A stretch of DNA of 51,500 nucleotides, from contig JAJOIW010000108.1 in assembly GCA_021209225.1 (NCBI GenBank), forward strand, positions 1 through 51,500. Reading direction: 5' to 3'. The position numbers were made by a program, and so were the translations under genes. Positions within the stretch are counted from its first letter, which is position 1; each line of letters opens with the position of its first letter. Below the pieces are notes generated by a model. It was given only the letters and a program-made list of their open reading frames with translations, had not been told where the DNA came from and made no database searches. Source of the stretch: Verrucomicrobiota bacterium (GTDB taxonomy: Bacteria > Verrucomicrobiota > Verrucomicrobiia > Limisphaerales > JAJOIW01). Below, in pieces: positions 18,381 through 26,538 of this stretch.

Positions 18381-19670
18381 TCATTCGTGGCGCAGTGCAT
18401 CAATCGGATCGAGACTGGCTGCGCGATTCGCCGGGTAGATCCCGAAGAGAATTCCGATGAAACCGGAAATACCAAAGGCGACCAGCACAGACCAGAATGT
18501 CACAATCGTTTTCATGTCGGCGAAATAAGTCACAAAGAATGGGACTGTGATGCCGACCAGGACGCCGATGACTCCGCCACCGATGGAAAGCACGACGGTC
18601 TCAACCAGAAACTGTGTTGTGATATCGCGTCGTTTGGCACCGAGAGCGCGTCGGACACCAATTTCCCTGGTTCTTTCGGTGACGGTTGCCAACATGATAT
18701 TCATGATGCCAATCCCGCCAACGATCAGGGAAATAGCCGCGATGGATCCTAAGACTATATTAAACATCTGCTGAGTCTTGCGGGCCTGCATCAGCAATTG
18801 CAGGGGCACGATCATCTCGTAGTCCATTTTTTCATGTTTATTTTTAAGCATCCAGCGGATCTGTTGGTCCGCTGTCAGGACAGCATCGTCCTCCAGCATC
18901 TGAATTGTGATCTCATGCAGTTCGACCGTCTCCGCCTGCATGCTCCCGGAAGTGCGCCGGACGATGGTTTTCCCAAATCGGGTTGTCGCGGTGGAAAGTG
19001 GCATGTAGATATTGTTATCCAGTGGTTCGCCCTCCATTTTACCGGACTGGGGCCGTTGGTCGGCCATGTTTTTTTCCCTGAGGACCCCGACAACCCGATA
19101 ATAGTTCTCACCCACTTTAATGGCATGCTCCAGGGGATTCTGGTAGGGAAATAACTGTTGCGCCAATCCACTGGAAAGAACACAGACATTCTGCTTGAAC
19201 CTTTCATCCGGGACGGACAGGAATCGACCGGCTATCACTTCGGCTCCAGACATCTCAGGATAGAAAGGGTAGGTGCCGATGACCTGGACTGGAACATAAT
19301 TTGATGAAAAACGTGCATTTTCCCGGATAATGCGCTTTGGCAAAACGCGATTGACACCGGGGATGGAGGCTAAAATCCTGGAGCTGTCAGCGAAAGTGAG
19401 CCCATAGGAAATGGCGAATCCACCGCGGCTGTTATTCTGATTATTGGCGTCTTCAGGGGGTTTGACAGATCTAAGAATGATGTTGTTGCTTCCGAGTTTT
19501 TTAATGTCCTCCTGAGCTTCATAGGCGGCACCTTCCCCGATGGCCAACATGGCGATGACCGAACAAACCCCGAAGATAATCCCAAGCATGGTCAGGATGG
19601 AGCGGAGTTTATGGAGCATCAAACTTTTGACGCCCAGTTTAATTGTTGAAATCAGCTGGTATTGGTTCAT
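18381..19670 (-). CDS. ABC transporter permease, MacB/FtsX type
   Basis: N-terminal TM segment (LRSILTMLGIIFGVCSVIAMLAIGEGA), a large periplasmic domain, and a C-terminal FtsX domain (ERTREIGVRRALGAKRRDITTQFLVETVVLSIGGG...PANRAASLDPIDALRHE). Confidence 0.9.
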   Translation of the reverse strand: MNQYQLISTIKLGVKSLMLHKLRSILTMLGIIFGVCSVIAMLAIGEGAAYEAQEDIKKLGSNNIILRSVKPPEDANNQNNSRGGFAISYGLTFADSSRILASIPGVNRVLPKRIIRENARFSSNYVPVQVIGTYPFYPEMSGAEVIAGRFLSVPDERFKQNVCVLSSGLAQQLFPYQNPLEHAIKVGENYYRVVGVLREKNMADQRPQSGKMEGEPLDNNIYMPLSTATTRFGKTIVRRTSGSMQAETVELHEITIQMLEDDAVLTADQQIRWMLKNKHEKMDYEMIVPLQLLMQARKTQQMFNIVLGSIAAISLIVGGIGIMNIMLATVTERTREIGVRRALGAKRRDITTQFLVETVVLSIGGGVIGVLVGITVPFFVTYFADMKTIVTFWSVLVAFGISGFIGILFGIYPANRAASLDPIDALRHE

Positions 19671-19694
19671 GGAAGCAGGAGGAAATGAATCATC

Positions 19695-20396
19695 TCATCG
19701 GTTGGTGATGTCGCGGTCAATTTTACCATCTTTCATATGAATGACCCTCTGTGCCCGGTCGCCCACCTTCGGGTCGTGGGTCACCAGAACGATGGTTTTG
19801 CCATCGGCATTGAGTTTATCGATGAGGTCGAGCACTTCGAGGCCCGTCTTGGAATCCAGGTTTCCGGTCGGCTCGTCAGCGAGTATCATCAATGGATCGT
19901 TGATGAGTGATCTGGCGATGGCCACCCTTTGTTGCTGCCCACCCGACAGCTGGTTGGGTCGGTGATCCAGACGTTCCTCCAAACCAACCATCCGTGCCAG
20001 CTCGATAGCCCGCCCCATGTATTCTTTGAGATCATACGATTGATATATGAGCGGAACCTGAATGTTTTCAATCACTGTCAATTGAGGGATCAGATTGTAA
20101 GACTGAAAAATAAACCCGATCCTTTTGCCCCGAACATTCGATAAAATATCATCCTCCATCTGGGCGACATCGTCCCCCCCGAGGAAGTATTGTCCTTCAG
20201 TGGGGCGATCGAGACAGCCGAGAATGTTCAGCATGGTCGACTTACCGGACCCGGATGGCCCCATAATGGCGACATAGGAACCCTCCGCAATTTGAAGATC
20301 CACTCCCCGCAACGCGTGCACGATATTTTCCTCGCTCAGAACATAGGTCTTGCGATCCCGCGAATGTCATGATGGCCCGTTTCGATGAATAGTCAT
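19695..20396 (-). CDS. ABC transporter ATP-binding protein (MacB/LolD type). The N-terminal strand is interrupted by an in-frame TGA.
   Basis: [41 protein letters not shown]...[32 protein letters not shown]...VLVTHD. The intact ORF starts only at GTG 20321, about 20 aa short of normal. The same frame upstream reads ATG(20396) [12 protein letters not shown](20367-20369)[19 protein letters not shown]. Confidence 0.85.
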
Positions 20397-20434
20397 GCCC
20401 GGAGAAATGATGGAGAAATTAATATCTAACCTGA

Positions 20435-22284
20435 TTATGGTTGGGGACGCTGACGACCACCACCCGCTTCCCCGCCACCACCAGGACCGACCGCCTCCTC
20501 CAGCATTCTGGAACTGACTCCTCATCGCCTCCCTCTCGGATTCACTTAACTGTCCATCCCCATCTTTATCAAATTGCTTGAGCATTTGTTCCCGCATGGC
20601 ATTGCGATCGGGAGAAGCTCCGTCCTGGCCTGAGGCCCCGGGAGTGGCCTGACCATTGGCGATGGTGGCTGCGCCCCGGATCTTCCAGGACCGGCACCCT
20701 GCCCAGCCGCACCTCCACCAGGTGCAACAGGTTGTTTGATCTCCTTCGGGGTCGAATCGACCACTTCACCACTCCGAATGACTGAATTATCCAGATCATC
20801 CGCATCATAATTGAGCGGTGGGTTCAACATGATCTTATCCCCAACCTCGATCCCGGATACAATCTGTATGAATTTATCGTCAAAAACCCCCAATGTGACA
20901 GCTACCGGCTCTGCATTGCCTGAAGCATTCTGCCTGTAGACAACCGTCTTATCTTTTTGGGTTGTCACGCATTGGGTCGGCACAGTGATGACGGAAGTCA
21001 GGTTGGTGGTGATGATTTCAACCTGGGCGCTGACCCCGGGTTTCACACCTTCAAGCCGATCATCAATCCGAACTTCGGTTTTATACATTTTCATGTCGGA
21101 CCCCATCCATCGGCTGGCGGCCTCGGGAACAACTCCCACTTTGGAGACGTAGCCCTTGAATCTTTTATCCGGCATGGGATCGAGAATAATGTAAGCAATC
21201 TGTCCCTGACGCACCTGGCTGATGTTGGACTCATGGATCTTGATATCGACTTTCATCTGGCTGACGTCCGGCAACTTGATGAGTTCCTGACGATTTCGCA
21301 CCGTGGCCCCTTCCTCCACCAGGGATTCACTGCTCCAACGGCTGTCCGAGACAGCATAGACCACTAATCCATCCTGGGGAGCAGTAATGCGGCTCTTTTC
21401 CAACTGGATCTTCAAGCGGTCCAACTTATTGCTGTTGAGTAACAATGTGTTCACCTGCGATGCCAAATCCGCTTCAGCTTTGGCTATATTTCCCGAACCT
21501 TCCAGTTTCACCCGTTCCATGTCGTCCAGAGCGTCCGAAACTTTGGATTGAAAAGTTGTGACTGATTTTGGATGCTCATATTCGCGGAAGAGTCGCAGGC
21601 TCTCTTTGGCCTTGGTCATCGAGAAAAGGACGTTTGTGAAGGACAATTGATCGCGCTCCAGGTTCGTCTGAGTTTCAAATCCCTTGTCGTATAATTTCTT
21701 GGAATTCTCCATCTTGTCTTTGGCGACTTTCATGGATTGCTCAAAGGAAACAATGTCATTGGAGGTGGTCAGCAGGGTTTGTTGATAATCGCCGTCCAGG
21801 TATTTCTCCAGATCAATCTCTGCAAATAACAAGGCATTGGAAGCGTTTCTCAGGTTACTGGCAAGAGTGCTGCGGGCAATTTCCAGGTTAGCTTCTGCCT
21901 GTTTATAGGTTGCGACACTGCGTTCGAAATCTATTTTGTTGCTGGTTGATGCGATCGATCAGTTCCGATGCGTCCAGCTCGACGAGCAGGTCACCCTTTT
22001 TGACAGTTGAACCTTCAGGAATGATATATATGACACGCGCTGTCCCATCGACCTCCGAACGTAAAATCGTCTCATTGACAGCGCTCAATTCACCACCTTC
22101 CACCACGGAAACCATAAAGTCCGAGCGCTGAACAGTGTGATAAGACGTCTCTGTTTGCTTCGCCCCCCCCCCCGGAAAACATGGTCACCAATATGATGAT
22201 TAACAGCGCGGCACCCGCCAGAATAAATAACATCCGGTTATTCAACGCAGCTAATTCCTTCTGATTTATATATAAAATATTCAT
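20435..22284 (-). pseudogene. HlyD/MacA-family periplasmic adaptor, fragmented into at least 4 frames
   Basis: Pieces:
- MNILYINQKELAALNNRMLFILAGAALLIIILVTMFSGGGG, up to the C11 run at 22163-22173
- AKQTETSYHTVQRSDFMVSVVEGGELSAVNET...LLVELDASELIDRINQQQ
- after the T4 run at 21934-21937, IDFERSVATYKQAEANLEIARS...LFAEIDLEKYL and the main 428-aa body
- after the C4 run at 20674-20677, AATIANGQATPGASGQDGASPDRNAMREQMLKQFDKDGDGQLSESEREAMRSQFQ
- probably MLEEAVGPGGGGEAGGGRQRPQP* ending at 20435. Confidence 0.8.
22163..22173. repeat. C11 (G11 on the coding strand) homopolymer at codon ~37 of the macA-like gene; site of a frame change
   Basis: cgccccccccccc ggaaaac read directly from the sequence. 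The N-terminal TM-anchor frame and the HlyD body frame meet inside this run. Confidence 0.9.
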
Positions 22285-24088
22285 TCGATTACTACCGTTT
22301 GTTGAAATGAAAATACTTCGTCTGGTCGGAGAACTTCTCCATCCTCACCTATGGATCCCGTTTCCCCAATATATTCAGTGGGCATTTGAATCGCATCTTG
22401 AGCAAGCCAGAATTTTTCGACATCTATATCGAGAGTGCCCAGATCCAACATCAGCTGAAGACGGGCTAAAGGTAATCCACCAATGCCCGGGTCACGCTGT
22501 TCTGAGAGGCAACCTGGGAGTTCAGAGCTTCCCTCAAATCCCGTTCCTGGGATCGCCCGGCTTCCACGAATAATGATACACTGGTCACACGATCATTGGC
22601 AATTTCAAGCCCCACCAGTTCGATTTCATAGTTTCTTTTTCTCTGGCGCAGGGTGCGAAGCCCGACTTCGATCTCCTGACGCTTGGTATCCAACTGAAGG
22701 GAGAGGCGACGCAGGGCGGCTTCAAAGTTGATGATGGTGGATCGGTACGCGTTGCGCTCGCGCAGCCGGTCAATAGGCAAATTCAACTCAATTCCGTAAT
22801 TCCAACGCACATTGTCTATATTGAAATCCGTGTAATCCGTGGGCCCATCGGAGTTGATTGAAGCGTCCGCCGCCAGATTGAGATCCGCCATAAGCTGGTT
22901 GGCAGCCACCACAATTTTCCGCTTGGAATCTTCAAAGCGATCGATCTCGTTCATCAAAGGGAGGTTTTTTTCAATCGCAAGTGCGAATGCCTGTTCGGAA
23001 GTCATGACAAATTCCATGAGTCCGGCCGATTTCAGATCCTGAAATGGGCTGTCATCGAGAATGAGTTGACTGGATACCGGGATACCAAGCTGAATCTTCA
23101 GAGAATCGAGACTTGTCTGGTAATTGGCTACCAGGTTGACGTAACTGTTTTTGACATCCAGCTCGGCCTGTTGAGCCTGACCCACGTTCACGACGCTTTC
23201 GTTTCCTGCCTCCTGGTGAGCAATCAGCCGCCGGGTGGCATCCAGTCGCTGTAAATAGTTTGTATATGTGTTGCGGATGATGTCCTTCGATTGCAGCAGC
23301 CGGAAGTATTGCTCCACAATTCCGACAGAGAATTCTTTTTGAAATTGGGTGTAATCCCGCACGGCATAGATGACATTGCGTTCGGCCTGAGTCAGGTTTT
23401 CAATCACGGCTCTCCGACCGACTCCCCGCAGCAAGGGTTGAGCCAAATTAAACGAAATAGTGCTGATTGCCGATCGTCTGGGATCACCCGTATAGAATTT
23501 CAACAAATCGTTGGCGATGTTCATGCCCAGGGAAGCACCAGTGGCAAAAGCTTGGTTAAAGCCCAAATCTCCGCCAGCTGCTCCAGTCCGATCACCGGAG
23601 CCGGATCGGGAATTGCGCCCGAACATTCTCAGGAACCAGTTGTCCTGAAAATTCCGTTCAGCGGCCGTCAAATTCAGAGCGGTTAAGAAGAGCGACTCTT
23701 TCTGGGTTTGATATGTACGGTTGTTTTTAACCGCTATATCGAGACAATCATTCAGTGTCAGATGCAATTTTTCCCCACTCAGACTCTCTTCGATCAGTTC
23801 AAGGCTATCAATCTCTTTGGGGGACCTCGATGAGAACCGTGTGTCAATAGTAAATGAATTGGTGCGGCCAAATATCTGATTTTCAACTTCGCTGATAATG
23901 CGGTATGCATCCTTGTCCGCTTTCTTCCTATGCCAGGAGGCCTGGCAGCCAGTCAGGACAAGGACAAACAAAAGCGACCAGAGGACTGGGTAAGACCGCT
24001 TCCACAACGAGGGAATTGGATCGCCCGGAAGTCGGGACGATCTGTGAACCATTTGAATGACTTGGAATTTCAAGTTTCTTATATTCAA
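22281..24088 (-). CDS. TolC-family outer-membrane efflux protein (lipoprotein-type signal). The last ~60 codons are reachable only after a 1-nt correction near 22470.
   Basis: VLWSLLFVLVLTGCQ lipobox, followed by a typical TolC repeat structure. As written the ORF stops at 22466 (ALVDYL*). The neighbouring frame continues (Y)PLARLQLMLDLGTLDIDVEKFWLAQ...FQQTVVIE and ends with a TGA at 22281-22283. That TGA overlaps the macA ATG (22282-22284) as ATGA, a classic coupled junction. Confidence 0.8.
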
Positions 24089-24176
24089 GTTTGAGACCTG
24101 TTTGATTCAGCTTTGCAAGCTTCGCTTTAAACTGTGATTCAATACTGGCCAGTTTAACGAATCAAGTGACGAATTC

Positions 24177-24194
24177 CTGACATTAAATTGTCAG
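24177..24194. promoter_or_regulatory. Perfect palindrome CTGACA-TTAAAT-TGTCAG in the divergent tolC / MFS intergenic region; candidate operator
   Basis: 6-bp arms with a 6-nt AT spacer, read directly. It lies 89 nt upstream of the tolC start (24088) and 160 nt upstream of the MFS start. Confidence 0.3.
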
Positions 24195-24353
24195 CGCATC
24201 ATATCGGACGGCGCATCTTACCCGAAATCGGCTACGACACCACCGCCAAACACCCAATCAAGAGAGATTAACATTTCAGTTGGTTACAAAAAAGATTGAG
24301 TTAAATGAATTGTATTCCAGGTGGTTACCCCGGCAAAGTAGCCAGGTGGAAAA

Positions 24354-25607
24354 TTGATGATGGCGATGAATCAGACGGACTGCCCACCATCCCGCAGGTG
24401 GTACCCTGCGTTCCAACATCGCAATTTCCGGCTTTTTTTTCTGGCGCAGGTTATTTCTCTGAATGGCACCTGGATGCAATTGGTTGCCGAAGGCTGGGTG
24501 GTCTATGAGTTGACAGAATCCCCGCGAGCCCTCGGAATAACGCGCTTCCTGCATACATTTCCTGTCACTCTGATCACATTGAGTGCCGGGCTCCTGGCGG
24601 ATCGTGCGGATAAGAGAAAAATCCTCATGCTCACCCAGCTGTTCTCGATGATTTTTGCCGGATGGCTGACGATCCAGGGGTTTTCGGGATCGCTATCCAT
24701 CTGGCAACTTTGGATAGCAGCCACGGGAATCGGCATTTGCCACGCTTTCGATATCCCAGCCAGACAGAGCTTTGTCGTGGAAATGGTGGGCAGGAAAGAC
24801 CTGATGAACGCCCTGTTCGTCAATTCTTCAGTTTTTAATGGGGCCCGCATTGTGGGACCAGGCATTGCGGGCATCATCCTGGCCGGTTTCCAACCCTCGT
24901 GGTGTTTTCTGATCAACACCCTGTCGTTTGCCGCCACCATATATGCCTATTCACGAATGAGGAATCTCTATCGGGAACCCGCATCCGATCATTTCAAATC
25001 CGTTTCATTCAAGGATGCCCTGATTCATATCCGCCGGGATCCTTTGTTGTTGAACGTTCTGTGCACGATTAGTGTGGCATCCATTTTTACTGCCCCCTTT
25101 GTTGCTCAGATCCCATCGATTGCCAAGGAATGGTTTCAATTGGGCCCCAAAGGCTATGGCAGCCTGATGATGGCCAATGGATGTGGCGCATTCCTTGCCG
25201 CAATACTCCTGACGTTGCTGAAAAGCCCAGAGTGGAAAAAATGGATATTTCCAATGGGGACAACCTTTTTTGCCCTCTCTGTGATGGCTCTGGCTCATAC
25301 TCGCACTCTGGCCTGGGCACATTTACTTCTGGGAATCAATGGAATTGCCATGATTGCCACATTCTCAACCGCCAATACCCTCGTCCAACTCAATTCCCCG
25401 CAATCGATGCGCGGCAGAATCATGGGCATCTACACTTTCTGTTTCATTGGATTAAGCCCCTTTGGAAACCTGCTCATGGGAGAATTGGCCACACGACTGG
25501 ACCTCAAAAGCGCCATTTCCTTCGCAGGAATTGTCGGATTGATCGCAAGCTTTGCTCTCGCATGGAGAATTCCTGCCATTAAAGCCTCCCCAACCTCCGG
25601 GGACTAG
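24354..25607 (+). CDS. MFS transporter (DHA3/EntS-like)
   Basis: RNFRLFFLAQVISLNGTWMQLVAEGWVVYELT...LLADRADKRKILMLTQ, with about 12 predicted hydrophobic helices. Confidence 0.85.
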   Translation: MMMAMNQTDCPPSRRWYPAFQHRNFRLFFLAQVISLNGTWMQLVAEGWVVYELTESPRALGITRFLHTFPVTLITLSAGLLADRADKRKILMLTQLFSMIFAGWLTIQGFSGSLSIWQLWIAATGIGICHAFDIPARQSFVVEMVGRKDLMNALFVNSSVFNGARIVGPGIAGIILAGFQPSWCFLINTLSFAATIYAYSRMRNLYREPASDHFKSVSFKDALIHIRRDPLLLNVLCTISVASIFTAPFVAQIPSIAKEWFQLGPKGYGSLMMANGCGAFLAAILLTLLKSPEWKKWIFPMGTTFFALSVMALAHTRTLAWAHLLLGINGIAMIATFSTANTLVQLNSPQSMRGRIMGIYTFCFIGLSPFGNLLMGELATRLDLKSAISFAGIVGLIASFALAWRIPAIKASPTSGD

Positions 25608-25626
25608 TCACCTCACCATTCCAATT

Positions 25627-26310
25627 CTAGTTCACATCGACAATTTCATGTGGGGATCTCACCTTCACAATCTTCCCGCCAGGGAGTACTCCCCGCCAAC
25701 TGCAATTGGGGTAGATGATCGAACCGGGACCAATCAGCGATCCTGGATTCAACACAGAATTACAACCAATTGTCGCCTTATCTCCCAATATCGCTCCAAA
25801 CTTACGCAGTCCAGTGTCCACTTTCTCCCCATTGACAACCACCGAAACTGTTCCCGATGTCTGTTTGTAATTCGATAATATCACCCCAGCACCCAAATGT
25901 GCCTTCCACCCCAGAATGGAATCCCCCACATAATTGAAATGTGGAACCTCACAGCCTCCTATCAGGATACTATTCTTGACCTCAGTCGAGTTCCCAATCA
26001 CGCAGCCATCCCCAATCACTGAGTTCTCACGGATGTATGCATTGTGCCGAATCTGACAATTTGATCCAATCCATGCTGGGCCTTTTATAAATACCCCCGG
26101 CTCAATCTGTGTCCCCTCCCCAATCCATACTGGCCCAGTAATCCACACGCCTTCGCCTAAAGATCCCAATACAGGTGGATCACTTATCCTGAGTTCTGAA
26201 AGTCTTGTCCCAATCCACCCCAGCGGTTCCCAGACCGCAGAAGCACTTTGAAACCAGTCTGCAAATCGGAATCCCGCCAATTCACCAAAATAATCCTGCC
26301 AATATTTCAT
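25627..26310 (-). CDS. Hexapeptide-repeat (left-handed beta-helix) transferase, similar to the C-terminal domain of GlmU / sugar-1-P nucleotidyltransferases
   Basis: Runs of [LIV]G..xx hexads: IGEGTQIEPGVFIKGPAWIGSNCQIRHNAYIRENSVIGDGCVIGNSTEVKNSILIGGCEV...LGAGVILSN...AILGDKATIGCNSVLNPGSLIGPGSII. The likely start is MKYWQDY at 26310. The ORF extension to 26400 reads through a REP-like element. Confidence 0.75.
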   Translation of the reverse strand: MKYWQDYFGELAGFRFADWFQSASAVWEPLGWIGTRLSELRISDPPVLGSLGEGVWITGPVWIGEGTQIEPGVFIKGPAWIGSNCQIRHNAYIRENSVIGDGCVIGNSTEVKNSILIGGCEVPHFNYVGDSILGWKAHLGAGVILSNYKQTSGTVSVVVNGEKVDTGLRKFGAILGDKATIGCNSVLNPGSLIGPGSIIYPNCSWRGVLPGGKIVKVRSPHEIVDVN

Positions 26311-26381
26311 CTGATTCGAATCTCCCCCACATTGGCATCTCCTCACCCATTTGTCAGCTGCGCTGAAATCATTTCGTCCAG

Positions 26382-26440
26382 AATAAAGTACCAGGTACAT
26401 TAATACTGGCGGTTATTAAAAATGTACCTGGTACTTTATT
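26382..26440. repeat. REP-like inverted doublet: AATAAAGTACCAGGTACATT (26382-26401) and its exact reverse complement (26421-26440), 19-nt spacer
   Basis: 20/20 complementary arms, read directly. The core is the palindrome GTACC(A/T)GGTAC. It sits in a divergent intergenic region, so it is not in a terminator position. Confidence 0.9.
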
Positions 26441-26538
26441 TAATGATGTGATGGGGGAATGAAAGTGAAAGTGAGAAATTGGGTCAACTGAGAGGATGGT
26501 GTGTCGCTTAGGAAAGAGTGTAGGGCTGAATAGCTTAG

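Noticed and set aside
20367-20369. The in-frame TGA codons (here and at 12381-12383) as evidence of stop-codon reassignment or selenocysteine.
   Set aside because: TGA terminates several well-supported genes in this window, for example the amtB corrected frame, the tolC/macA ATGA junction and frame 1 of the phosphoesterase. No SECIS-like context was seen. Mutation or error is the simpler explanation.
26311-26400. N-terminal extension of the LbH transferase ORF (MYLVLYSGRNDF...), and likewise 32964-32999 of the RAYT-like ORF (MHYINVPGTFIS).
   Set aside because: Both extensions are simply translations of the REP-like motif AATGTACCTGGTACTTT in the two orientations. Internal ATGs at 26310 and 33000 give sensible N-termini.
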